A DNA stretch of 64,000 bases from Candidatus Effluviviaceae Genus I sp. (GTDB lineage Bacteria; Joyebacterota; Joyebacteria; Joyebacterales; Joyebacteraceae). Shown one piece after another: positions 41,199-49,922 of the stretch. The position numbers and the translations under genes are program-made. The notes under the pieces were generated by a model. It was not told the DNA's origin. It worked only from the letters and a program-made list of their open reading frames with translations, and ran no database searches. Within the stretch, counting starts at the first letter, position 1; every line of letters begins with the position of its first letter. The DNA lies in NCBI GenBank assembly GCA_016867725.1, contig VGIX01000001.1, positions 25,852-89,851 on the forward strand, written 5' to 3'.

Positions 41199-41227
41199 TT
41201 GACGCGCGCCGCCGCTTCCGCGATGAT
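41199..41227 (+). promoter_or_regulatory. Divergent promoter for the 41267 ORF
   Basis: TTGACG-cgcgccgccgcttccgc-GATGAT with a 17-nt spacer. Its -35 box and that of the minus-strand promoter form the inverted repeat GTCAAC-N7-GTTGAC. Confidence 0.4.
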
Positions 41228-41266
41228 GGCTCGACCCAGGGGCGCCGGAACGCGCGGGGAACGACC

Positions 41267-41743
41267 ATGACGATCCGCAGCAGACGACACGCGGGACCAC
41301 GGACGCGCGGAAGCGCCGCGCGCGTCCTCGCCTGCGCCGCGCTCGCCGCCGCGGTCGCGGCGGCCGCCTGCGGCGGCTGCGGTCCCCGCGCCGCGGAGGA
41401 CGGACGGGGGGCGCGCGACGAGTCCTCCCGCCGCGGCGCGGGACCGCCGGCGAGCGCGGCGCGCGTCACCGAGGACGGGTTCGTGTCGTTCGTGGCCGCC
41501 CTCACGGTCGCCGTCGAGGAAGGGCGTCGCGGTGAGGACGCGCGGCGCCGGGCGGAGGAACTCGGGTCGCCCGACTACGCGCGCGAGGAGGTCGAGGCGT
41601 TCGCGGCGTGGCTGCGCGAGGACCCCGAGCGCTGGGTCCGGCTCGCGCTTCTCATCGACGCGCGGACGGGCGAGCTCCGCTCGGGGCGCGCGGCGCCCGC
41701 TACCGAAGCTGCATCACGTCCTTCACCACCAGGAGCACCATGA
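41267..41743 (+). CDS. Hypothetical small secreted protein or lipoprotein
   Basis: 158 aa, GC3-rich up to about codon 143, with an N-terminal RVLACAALAAAVAAAACGGC. The last ~14 codons overlap the rseP 3' end on the opposite strand and lose GC3 bias. No family recognised. Confidence 0.45.
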   Translation: MTIRSRRHAGPRTRGSAARVLACAALAAAVAAAACGGCGPRAAEDGRGARDESSRRGAGPPASAARVTEDGFVSFVAALTVAVEEGRRGEDARRRAEELGSPDYAREEVEAFAAWLREDPERWVRLALLIDARTGELRSGRAAPATEAASRPSPPGAP

Positions 41744-42995
41744 GACAGCCGAAGAAGACGAGGCCGACCTGCTGCCACACGAGCACCTGACGCTCCGTGA
41801 GCCTCCGCCTCCGCGCCTTCTCGAGCCCGAGCAGGAGGAGATGCCCGCCGTCGAGCACCGGGAGCGGCAACAGGTTGATGAAGAAGAGCGAGAGACTCAG
41901 GTACGACATGAACCCCAGGAAGTACATCGGCCCCCAACGCGCGCTTTCGCTCGCCATCTGAACGACGCGGATGGGCCCGCCGAGCGTCTCGGTCGAGGCC
42001 CGCAGCCTGACGAGGTCCCAGAAGAACTGCGCGAGGAGCCGCACGTTCAGGGCGCAGTACCTCACCGCGGTCGTGAACGACTCCCACGGCCCAAGCCGGT
42101 TCAGCGTCAGCGCCGACATCACGCCGATCTCGCCGGCCCGGTCCTCGACGCCGGCCTTCGGAACCACCGTCGAGCGCATGACGCGCCCGTCGCGCTCCCA
42201 GACGACCTCGGTCTCCTCGCCGGCCCTCGCCCTCACGGCCTCGCCGAGGCCGCCCCAGTCGCGCACCGCCGCGCCCGCGACGGAGAGGACGCGGTCGCCT
42301 CGCCTGAGGCCCGCCGCGTCGGCGGGGCTCTTCTTCATGACGTCGCCGATGACCGGCGCGACGTAGGACGTCATTCCGAGATCCACGACGCCCGCGCTGT
42401 CGGCCGGCGCCGCGAGCTCAAGCGACAGGCGCTCGCGCGCCTCGTCGCCCCGCTCGATCACGAGGACCATCGCCCGCCCGCCGGCCTCCGCGGCGCGCGC
42501 GTAGACCTCGGCGACGTGCGAGACGGGAGCGCCGTCGACCGAGATGATGCGGTCGCCCCACGACAGGCCGGCGGCGTCGGCCGGCGAGCCGGGCGTCACG
42601 GAGCCCACGACCGGGCCTCCCAGCGTCGGGAGCCCGAACCCCCAGATCACGGCGAACGACACGAGCACGGCCCACACGAAGTTCATCGTCGGGCCGGCCG
42701 CCACGATGAGCGCGCGGGCGCCGACGGGCTTCGACAGGAACGACCCAGGCGCCGCCCCCGCGTCGGACCCGTCCGCAAGCTCGTGGCCGGCCATCTTCAC
42801 GTAGCCGCCCAGGGGAATGAGCGACACCGCGTACTCGGTCTCGCCGCGTCGGAACCTCAGGATGCGCGGCCCGAACCCCACGGAGAAGCGCTCGACGGTC
42901 ACACCCGCCGCGCGCGCCGCCGCGAAGTGCCCAAGCTCGTGCACGACAATGAGGATGCCGACGAGCACCGCCGCGTAGAGATAGAAGATCGTCAT
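41700..42995 (-). CDS. rseP: RIP metalloprotease RseP (site-2 protease)
   Basis: Track ORF 41700..43604. The real start is ATG 42995: MTIFYLYAAVLVGILIVVHELGHFAAARAAG (HExxH in TM1). It has PDZ regions and a C-terminal ...FINLLPLPVLDGGHLL. The start overlaps the dxr stop (ATGA). Confidence 0.93.
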   Translation of the reverse strand: MTIFYLYAAVLVGILIVVHELGHFAAARAAGVTVERFSVGFGPRILRFRRGETEYAVSLIPLGGYVKMAGHELADGSDAGAAPGSFLSKPVGARALIVAAGPTMNFVWAVLVSFAVIWGFGLPTLGGPVVGSVTPGSPADAAGLSWGDRIISVDGAPVSHVAEVYARAAEAGGRAMVLVIERGDEARERLSLELAAPADSAGVVDLGMTSYVAPVIGDVMKKSPADAAGLRRGDRVLSVAGAAVRDWGGLGEAVRARAGEETEVVWERDGRVMRSTVVPKAGVEDRAGEIGVMSALTLNRLGPWESFTTAVRYCALNVRLLAQFFWDLVRLRASTETLGGPIRVVQMASESARWGPMYFLGFMSYLSLSLFFINLLPLPVLDGGHLLLLGLEKARRRRLTERQVLVWQQVGLVFFGCLMVLLVVKDVMQLR

Positions 42996-44188
42996 CTCGC
43001 CCCCGTCGGAGTTGCCGCGCTCCCGCCTCCGCCCGCGCGGGACGCGTGGGCTCCCCCGGCGCAGGTCCGCGCGATCTCGCGCGCCCTCGCGTCCGCCTCG
43101 AGTACGTCCTCGACCGAGCCGCACGGCCCGTCGGGCGTCCTCGACACCGTCTCCTCGATGATCCGCGCGATGTCCGCGAACCGGACCCGCCCGGCGATGA
43201 ACGCCTCGACGGCGACCTCGTCGGCCGCGGCGGCCGCCGCGGGCGCCGTCCCCCCCGCCTCGGCCGCGCGGAGGACGATGCCCAGGGCCGGGTAGCGGCG
43301 CGGGTCCACGTCCTCGAAGGAGAGCTGCCGAGACTCCCCGGGGCTCCAGGAACCGAGGTCGAGCGCGCCGGGTTCCGGGTAGCACAGCGCGTACTGAATG
43401 GGGATCCGCATGTCCGGCTCGCCGAGGTGAGCGAGGAACGAGCCGTCCGACAGCCGCACGAGCGAGTGCACGACCGACTCCCTGTGCATGACGATCCCGA
43501 TCCTGTCGAGCGGCACGTCGAAGAGCCAGCGCGCCTCGATCACCTCGAGGGCCTTGTTCACGAGCGTCGCCGAGTCCACCGTCACCTTCGCGCCCATGCT
43601 CCACGTCGGGTGCCTGAGCACCTCGGCGACCGTGACGTCGCCGACGCGCTCGACCGGGACGTCCCGGAGCGCGCCTCCCGAGGCCGTGAGCACGAGGCTC
43701 GTCACCTCGCCCCGTCTGGCCGCGGCGAGGCTCCGGAAGATCGCGCTGTGCTCGCTGTCGATCGGGACGATCTCGCCGCCGGCCTCGCGCGCCGTCCGCG
43801 TCACGATCTCCCCGGCCATGACGAGCGACTCCTTGTTGGCCAGCGCGAGGAGCTTCCCGGCGCGCAGCGCGGCCATGGTCGGGCGGAGCCCCGACGCGCC
43901 GACGACGGCGTTGACCACGAGGTCGGCGTCGGGGTCGCCCGCGAGCTCCTCGAGCCCCGCAGGCCCGCGGAGCACGCGCACGCCGGGGCCGAAGTCCCCC
44001 CGGGTGTCCGCGCCCACGGCCACGCGCCGGGCGCCGAACCGCGCGGCCTGCTCGGCGAGAAGGGCGGCGCTCGTGGACGCCGCCAGGCTCACGACCTCGA
44101 ACGCCTCCGGGAGCCGCGCGACCACGTCGAGCACGCCCCGTCCGATGGAGCCGGTCGAACCGAGCACCGCGATCCGTCTGCGCGCCAT
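42992..44188 (-). CDS. dxr: 1-deoxy-D-xylulose-5-phosphate reductoisomerase
   Basis: Track ORF 42992..44716. The real start is ATG 44188: MARRRIAVLGSTGSIGRGVLDVV (NADPH site), then LANKESLV, DSEHSAIFR and HPTWSMGAKVTVDSATL. 398 aa. Confidence 0.95.
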   Translation of the reverse strand: MARRRIAVLGSTGSIGRGVLDVVARLPEAFEVVSLAASTSAALLAEQAARFGARRVAVGADTRGDFGPGVRVLRGPAGLEELAGDPDADLVVNAVVGASGLRPTMAALRAGKLLALANKESLVMAGEIVTRTAREAGGEIVPIDSEHSAIFRSLAAARRGEVTSLVLTASGGALRDVPVERVGDVTVAEVLRHPTWSMGAKVTVDSATLVNKALEVIEARWLFDVPLDRIGIVMHRESVVHSLVRLSDGSFLAHLGEPDMRIPIQYALCYPEPGALDLGSWSPGESRQLSFEDVDPRRYPALGIVLRAAEAGGTAPAAAAAADEVAVEAFIAGRVRFADIARIIEETVSRTPDGPCGSVEDVLEADARAREIARTCAGGAHASRAGGGGSAATPTGAR

Positions 44189-44247
44189 CGGCACGCCTCC
44201 GTTCCCGGACGCCGGGCGACGCCGCGCGGGCCGCGCGGGACGCCCGC

Positions 44248-45081
44248 CTACACCACGACGAAGCGCAAGTAGTAGTACACGAGCGGCGCCACGAAGAGCA
44301 CGCTGTCGAACCGGTCGAGCATGCCCCCGTGGCCCGGCAGCGCCCGCGACGTGTCCTTGATCCTCACGTCGCGCTTCATGAGTGACTCCACGAGGTCGCC
44401 GAGCACGGCGGCCGCGGGCGCCACGAGTCCGAGCGTGAGAGCGTCGAGCGCAGTGAGGTACGTCGCGAACGTCGCCTTCGCGAGGAACGCGACGGCGAGG
44501 GCGGTCACGACGCCGCCCCACACGCCCTCCACGGACTTGTCCGGACTCACCCTCGGCAGGAGCTTCCGCCGCCCGAGGAGGTTCCCGGCAAAGAACGCTC
44601 CCGTGTCCGTCCCCCACGCCAGCGCGAGCGTGAGGATCACGAAGGACCCGCCGAGATCGCCCGCGGGCGCGCCCTCCCCGAGCTGTCTCAGGAGAATGAT
44701 GTGGCTCCCGAGCCACGCCACGTAGAACACGCCGAGGATCGTCGACGAGATGTGGAAGACCGCGAGCTCACCGTCGCGGCGGAAGAGCTCGAGGACCATG
44801 ATGACGAGAAGCACGAGCGTGATGAAGAGGCTCGAGAACACGCCGCCCTGGAAGTACACGTACCACGAGACGCCGAGGCCGGCCGCCACGCCGACGGTCT
44901 TGTACGGCCGGATGCCCTTCGCCTCCATCATCCGGTAGAACTCGATGAGGCAGAGGAGGATGACGAGGTTGATGGCGAGCAGGAACGGGATGCCCCCGAC
45001 GAGCGCGCTGACAATGGCGATCGGCACGCCGATGGCCGCCGTGAGCAGTCGCTGCGCGAGCTTCTCTCGATCGAGAGCCAT
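44248..45081 (-). CDS. cdsA: Phosphatidate cytidylyltransferase
   Basis: 277 aa, polytopic membrane protein with the signature ...DLVESLMKRDVRIKDTSRALPGHGGMLDRFDS. Confidence 0.92.
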   Translation of the reverse strand: MALDREKLAQRLLTAAIGVPIAIVSALVGGIPFLLAINLVILLCLIEFYRMMEAKGIRPYKTVGVAAGLGVSWYVYFQGGVFSSLFITLVLLVIMVLELFRRDGELAVFHISSTILGVFYVAWLGSHIILLRQLGEGAPAGDLGGSFVILTLALAWGTDTGAFFAGNLLGRRKLLPRVSPDKSVEGVWGGVVTALAVAFLAKATFATYLTALDALTLGLVAPAAAVLGDLVESLMKRDVRIKDTSRALPGHGGMLDRFDSVLFVAPLVYYYLRFVVV

Positions 45082-45084
45082 GCG

Positions 45085-45858
45085 TCAGCGCCCCCCGGAG
45101 CGACCGGCCACGCGTCCGAAACGCCGCTCCCGCCTCTGGTAGTCCGCGATCGCCGCGAGGAGATCGGCCTTGCGGAAGTCGGGCCAGAGCGTGTCGGTGA
45201 CGTAGATCTCGGTGTAGGCGATCTGCCACAGCAGGAAGTTGCTGACGCGGAGCTCGCCGCTCGTGCGGATGAGCAGGTCGGGATCGGGCAGTCCCGGAGC
45301 GCAGAGGAAGTCGCGGAAGGCGCGCTCGTCGAGGGACGCCGGCTCCAGCTCTCCGCGCCGGGCGGCCTCGGCGATCGCCCTGACCGCGTCGAGGATCTCG
45401 GTGCGGCCGCCGTAGCTGAGGGCGAGCGTGAGCGTGAGGCCGTCGTTCCTCGCGAGCCGCTCGATCGTGCGCTGAAGCCTGGACTGGACGTACTTGGGAA
45501 GCGCGTCGAGGCGTCCGATGGCCGCGAGGCGGATGTTGTTCCGGTCCATCTCGTCGGCCTGCTCGGCCAGCGTCTGGTCGAGCAGGCGCATGAGGGCGGC
45601 GACCTCGGCCCGGGGGCGCTCCCAGTTCTCCATCGAGAACGTGTAGAGCGTGAGGTACCGAAGACCCAGCTCGGCGCCGGCCGTCACGACGCTCCTCACG
45701 GCCTCGCGCGCGGCGGCGTGTCCCGCGACGCGGGGAAGCCCGCGCCTCCTCGCCCAGCGTCCGTTGCCGTCCATGATGACGGCGACGTGGCCGGGGAGCC
45801 CGGCCGGGTTCAGCGCCCCGCCTGCGTCAGAGGGCCGCCTAGCCCTGCGTGATCGCAT
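45085..45858 (-). CDS. uppS: Undecaprenyl-diphosphate synthase (isoprenyl transferase)
   Basis: 257 aa with HVAVIMDGNGRWARRRGL and YLTLYTFSMENWERP. ATG 45858 lies inside the last codons of the upstream ferredoxin gene. Confidence 0.93.
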   Translation of the reverse strand: MRSRRARRPSDAGGALNPAGLPGHVAVIMDGNGRWARRRGLPRVAGHAAAREAVRSVVTAGAELGLRYLTLYTFSMENWERPRAEVAALMRLLDQTLAEQADEMDRNNIRLAAIGRLDALPKYVQSRLQRTIERLARNDGLTLTLALSYGGRTEILDAVRAIAEAARRGELEPASLDERAFRDFLCAPGLPDPDLLIRTSGELRVSNFLLWQIAYTEIYVTDTLWPDFRKADLLAAIADYQRRERRFGRVAGRSGGR

Positions 45859-46009
45859 CGAACGGGCACTCGTCGGCGCACAGCCCGCAGTCCGTGCAGG
45901 CGTCGGCGTCGATCACGTACCTCTCGTCTCCCTCGCTGATGGCCTCCACAGGACACACGCTCGCGCAGGCCCCGCAGGCCGTGCAGGCGTCGGTGATCGT
46001 GTATGCCAC
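45839..46009 (-). CDS. 2x[4Fe-4S] ferredoxin (56 aa), below the ORF-track size cutoff
   Basis: Hand translation gives (GTG)AYTITDACTACGACASVCPVEAISEGDERYVIDADACTDCGLCADECPFDAITQG-stop, with two CxxCxxCxxxCP motifs. GGAGGAG lies 6 nt upstream. The frame was checked against the neighbouring track ORFs. Confidence 0.8.
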   Translation of the reverse strand: MAYTITDACTACGACASVCPVEAISEGDERYVIDADACTDCGLCADECPFDAITQG

Positions 46010-46042
46010 GTTCGCTCCTCCCGCCGCGACGTCGCGCGGCCG

Positions 46043-46600
46043 TCAGACCTCCATGAGTTCCTTCTCTTTGGCCGCGAGGACCTGGTCCACTTCGCGGACG
46101 AACTCCGCCGTGATCTCCTGAATGGTCTTGTCGTGCGCGCGGTGGAAGTCGTCCTCGGAGATCGTGCCCTCCTTGAGACGCTGCTTCAGCACCTCGTTGA
46201 CATCCCTGCGCACGTTCCGCACGGCCACCCTGCCCTCCTCCGCCAGCTTGTGGACGAGGCGCACGAGCTCCTTGCGCCGCTCCTCCGTCAGGGGCGGGAT
46301 CGGGACCCGGATCAGGTGCCCGTCGTTGGACGGGTTCAGCCCCAGGTCGGCGGCCTGGATCGCCTTCTCGATGGGGCCGAGCATCTTCTTGTCCCACGGC
46401 TGGACGACGAGCAGGCGCGCCTCGGGGACGCTGATGTTGGCGAGTTGCCGAAGCGGCATCGTGTTGCCGTAGGCGTCGACGCGGACGCCGTCGAGCAGCG
46501 AGACGGTCGCCTTCCCCGTGCGGATCTTGGTGAACTCCTTCTTCACGGTCTCGATGGTCTTCTCCATCCTCTGTCTGGTGTCGGCCACGAACCGCTCCAT
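46043..46600 (-). CDS. frr: Ribosome recycling factor
   Basis: 185 aa: ...LLDGVRVDAYGNTMPLRQLANISVPEARLLVVQPWDK...LGLNPSNDG.LIRVPIPPLTEERRKEL. Confidence 0.96.
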   Translation of the reverse strand: MERFVADTRQRMEKTIETVKKEFTKIRTGKATVSLLDGVRVDAYGNTMPLRQLANISVPEARLLVVQPWDKKMLGPIEKAIQAADLGLNPSNDGHLIRVPIPPLTEERRKELVRLVHKLAEEGRVAVRNVRRDVNEVLKQRLKEGTISEDDFHRAHDKTIQEITAEFVREVDQVLAAKEKELMEV

Positions 46601-46603
46601 CGG

Positions 46604-47317
46604 CTACTCCTCCATGACGCGCGTGCCGATCGTCTCGCCCCTCACGGCGCGGGCCACGTTGCCCGGCGTGGAGAGGGCGAAGACAACGATCGGCAGCTTC
46701 TGCTGCCTGCACAGCGAGACGGCGGTCAGGTCCATGACCGCCAGACCGCCCTTGATCACGTCGAGGTGGGTGAGCGTCTCGAAGCGCCTCGCCGAGGGAT
46801 TCTTCACGGGGTCGGAGTCGTACACGCCGTCGACCTTGGTGGCCTTGAGGAGCGCGTCGGCGCCCAGCTCCGCGGCGCGGAGAGCGGCAGCCGAGTCGGT
46901 CGAGAAGAACGGGTTGCCGGTGCCGGCCGCGAAGACGACGACCGCGCCCTCGGAGAGGAGAGCGCCGGCCCTGCGGTGGTCGTAGGGGTCGGCCAGGGGG
47001 CCGCACGGGACGGCAGACATGACCGAGGCCCTCACGCCGAGCGACGCGAAGGCCGCCCTGAGCGCGAGGGCGTTCAGGATCGTCGCGACCATCCCCATGT
47101 GGTCGGCCGCGACGCGGGCGTCGGCCCCGCCCGCGACCGTGACGCCGCGGACGATGTTGCCCCCGCCGACCACGAGCCCGACCTCAACGCCGAGGTCGAC
47201 CGCGGCCTTGACCTCGGAGGCAAGGCGCAAGACGGCTTCCGGCGAGATCGGTCTCCCGTCGCCGGACAGCGCCTCGCCGCTCACCTTGAGGATGACGCGC
47301 CTATACGCCGCAGCCAT
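46604..47317 (-). CDS. pyrH: UMP kinase
   Basis: 237 aa: YRRVILKVSGEAL...VVGGGNIVRG...ATKVDGVYDSDP. Confidence 0.96.
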   Translation of the reverse strand: MAAAYRRVILKVSGEALSGDGRPISPEAVLRLASEVKAAVDLGVEVGLVVGGGNIVRGVTVAGGADARVAADHMGMVATILNALALRAAFASLGVRASVMSAVPCGPLADPYDHRRAGALLSEGAVVVFAAGTGNPFFSTDSAAALRAAELGADALLKATKVDGVYDSDPVKNPSARRFETLTHLDVIKGGLAVMDLTAVSLCRQQKLPIVVFALSTPGNVARAVRGETIGTRVMEE

Positions 47318-47939
47318 CGGACGCCGGCTTCTCTGCGCCCGGGAGGTCCTCCCCGAGCTTCATCCTCACGAACCGCCGGATGCGGATGTTCTCGCCGAAG
47401 CTCGCGATCATCTGCTTGACGAGGTCGCTCACGGTGACGTCCGGGTTCTTCACGAACGGCTGCTCCATGAGGCAGGCCTCGGAGAAGAACTTCTCAACGC
47501 GGCCGTCCACGATGCGCGCCAGGACGTTCTCCGGCTTGCCGGTCGCCCTCGCCTGCTCCAGGTAGATCTCTCGCTCCTTGGCGAGGAGCGCCTCGGGGAC
47601 GTCCTCGCGGCCGACGCAGACGGGATTCTGCGCCGCGACGTGCATCGCGATGTCCTTCGCGAAGGTCTGGAACTGCTCCGTGCGCGCGACGAAGTCGGTC
47701 TCGCAGTTGATCTCGACGAGCACGGCGAGCTTCGACCCCGGGTGCACGTACGAGACGATGAGGCCGTCCCCCGTGGCCCGGTCGGCCCTCTTCGCGGCCT
47801 TGAGCACGCCGCTCTTGCGGAGGTGCTCGACGGCCTTCTCGACGTCGCAGCCCGTCGCGGCCAGGGCCACCTTGCAGTCCATCACGCCGGCGCCGGTCTT
47901 CTCCCGGAGTTGCATGACCAGGGCAGCTGTGATCTCCAT
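47301..47939 (-). CDS. tsf: Elongation factor Ts (short form)
   Basis: Track ORF 47301..48068. The real start is ATG 47939: MEITAALVMQLREKTGAGVMDCKVAL (UBA-like), then ...LVEINCETDFVAR. 212 aa. The 3' end overlaps the pyrH start by 17 nt. Confidence 0.93.
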   Translation of the reverse strand: MEITAALVMQLREKTGAGVMDCKVALAATGCDVEKAVEHLRKSGVLKAAKRADRATGDGLIVSYVHPGSKLAVLVEINCETDFVARTEQFQTFAKDIAMHVAAQNPVCVGREDVPEALLAKEREIYLEQARATGKPENVLARIVDGRVEKFFSEACLMEQPFVKNPDVTVSDLVKQMIASFGENIRIRRFVRMKLGEDLPGAEKPASDGCGV

Positions 47940-47983
47940 GACGCTCCTTCCGGATGGGTGGGTCACGAACTGGAGCACCGATA

Positions 47984-48003
47984 CGCGCCGCCGCGGCGGC
48001 GCG
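47984..48003 (-). other. 20-nt perfect GC palindrome in the rpsB-tsf intercistronic gap
   Basis: CGCGCCGCCGCGGCGGCGCG is its own reverse complement. It sits just after the rpsB stop (48010) with no U tract. Confidence 0.5.
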
Positions 48004-48009
48004 CCCCGT

Positions 48010-48765
48010 CTACTGGACGACGCTCTCCGCGCTGGCCGACTCCTGCGCGACCTCGACGGGGGCGACATCCCGTCCCTCGAGCTGGGACGCCCGCGCGTCG
48101 AGGACGGCGTCGGCGATGAACGCGGTGATGAGCTTGATGGACCGGATGGCGTCGTCGTTGCCGGGGATCGGGTAGGCTATCTTCTCCGGATCGGCGTTGG
48201 TGTCGAGGATGCCGATGATCGGGATGCCGAGCTTGTTCGCCTCGTTCACCGCGATGCGCTCCTTCCGGGTGTCCACCACGAACAGCAGCCCGGGGAGCCT
48301 GTCCATCTCGCGGAAGCCGGCGAGGACCTTGTCGAGCTTCGCCTTCTCGCGCTCGTAGTGAAGCGCTTCCTTCTTCGGGATGAACTCGTAGGTCCCGTCC
48401 TGGGACATCTTCTCGATGTCCTCGAGACGCCGAACGCTCTTCCGGATCGTGCGCAGGTTCGTGAGCGTCCCCCCGAGCCACCGCTCCGTCACGGCGGGCA
48501 TCCCGCACCGCAGGGCCTCTTCGCGCACGATCTGCTGGCCCTGCTTCTTCGTGCACACGAAGAGGATGCGCTCGCCGCGCGTGACGACGTCGTTCACGGC
48601 GGCCTGGGCCGTCTGCATGCAGGCGACGGTCTTCGCGAGGTCGATGATGTGGATCCCGTTCCTCTTCATGAAGATGAACGGCTTCATCTTGGGGTTCCAC
48701 CGATGGGTCTGGTGGCCGAAATGGACGCCCGCTTCGAGCAGGGCGCGCATGTCGGGTGCGGTCAT
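48010..48765 (-). CDS. rpsB: 30S ribosomal protein S2
   Basis: 251 aa: LLEAGVHFGHQTHRWNPKMKPFIF...GIHIIDL... Confidence 0.97.
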   Translation of the reverse strand: MTAPDMRALLEAGVHFGHQTHRWNPKMKPFIFMKRNGIHIIDLAKTVACMQTAQAAVNDVVTRGERILFVCTKKQGQQIVREEALRCGMPAVTERWLGGTLTNLRTIRKSVRRLEDIEKMSQDGTYEFIPKKEALHYEREKAKLDKVLAGFREMDRLPGLLFVVDTRKERIAVNEANKLGIPIIGILDTNADPEKIAYPIPGNDDAIRSIKLITAFIADAVLDARASQLEGRDVAPVEVAQESASAESVVQ

Positions 48766-48922
48766 CGTCCGGACTCCTTCCCTCAGGTTCGTGCCTCCGC
48801 GACCGTCTCCCCGCTCGGGCCGCGCCCGGCGTCGCCGGAAGCGGACCCCCGTGTCGGTCGGGCCGCGTGCGTGATCCCCGTCTCCCTCCGCGCGCGGCGG
48901 CCGAAGCGGGGTCCTCCCACCA

Positions 48923-49312
48923 CTACCTCTTCGAGAACTGGAACCTCTTGCGAGCGCCCTTCTGGCCGTACTTCTTGCGCTCCTTCACCCTCGGGTCGCG
49001 CGTCAGCATCCCGGCCTGCTTGAGCGGCTTGCGGTGGTTCTCGTCCAGCCGGATCAGCGCCCGCGCGATCCCCAGCCTCACCGCTCCCGCCTGCCCCGTG
49101 ATGCCGCCGCCCGTCACGTTCGCGTGAAGATCGTAGCGGTCGAGCGTCGAGGTCAACTCGAGGGGCTCGAGGACCGTCTTCACGACGGTGGAGCGGGGGA
49201 AGTACGCGTCGAGCGCGCGCCCGTTCACCGTGCGCTGTCCCGTGCCCGGAACGAGCCGCACGCGTGCGATCGCCTCCTTGCGCCGTCCCACTGCCCGCAA
49301 CGCGCCTGTCAT
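48923..49312 (-). CDS. rpsI: 30S ribosomal protein S9
   Basis: 129 aa: ...GGGITGQAGAVRLGIARAL...DPRVKERKKYGQKGARKRFQFSKR. Confidence 0.97.
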   Translation of the reverse strand: MTGALRAVGRRKEAIARVRLVPGTGQRTVNGRALDAYFPRSTVVKTVLEPLELTSTLDRYDLHANVTGGGITGQAGAVRLGIARALIRLDENHRKPLKQAGMLTRDPRVKERKKYGQKGARKRFQFSKR

Positions 49313-49353
49313 CCAGCGTCTCCTTTCGGCCGGTCCGCGCCGGCCACCCTCGT

Positions 49354-49782
49354 TCAGATGCTGAGCGGCTCAGGCCTCTGCGCCTCGTGGGGATGCTCGG
49401 GCCCCGCGTACACGCGGAGCTTCTTGAGCATCCTCCGCCCGAGCTTGTTCTTCGGGAGCATCCCCTTCACGGCATGACGGACGACCCTGTCGGGGGCCGC
49501 CTCCATGAGCTTGCGCATCTTGAGGTACCGCGCCGCCCCCGGGTAGCCGCTGTGGCTGAAGTAGCTGTGCTGATCCAGCTTCTTGCCGGTGATCTCGATC
49601 TTGGCGGCGTTGACGACGATGACGAAGTCCCCGGCGTCCACGGAGGGCGAGAACACGACCTTGTGCTTCCCTCTCAGGACCGAAGCGACCTTCGAGGCCA
49701 GCCGTCCGAGGACCTGCCCCTCGGCGTCGACCACGAAGTGCTGCCGGACCACCTCTCCCGGCTTCGTGACATGCGTTGGCAT
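49354..49782 (-). CDS. rplM: 50S ribosomal protein L13
   Basis: 142 aa: ...HFVVDAEGQVLGRLASKVASVLRGKHK...GDFVIVVNA. Confidence 0.97.
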   Translation of the reverse strand: MPTHVTKPGEVVRQHFVVDAEGQVLGRLASKVASVLRGKHKVVFSPSVDAGDFVIVVNAAKIEITGKKLDQHSYFSHSGYPGAARYLKMRKLMEAAPDRVVRHAVKGMLPKNKLGRRMLKKLRVYAGPEHPHEAQRPEPLSI

Positions 49783-49922
49783 CGAACCACACCTCCGGCA
49801 TCACAAGGGCACGCCGAACCGCCGGCGCCCGGAGCTCCCCGACGACGCGGGGCGACCCCGGGGCCCGAACGCGCTCGGCTCAGTGCGGCAGATCCCCTCC
49901 TGCCGCTTCTTCAGAACGAGCG

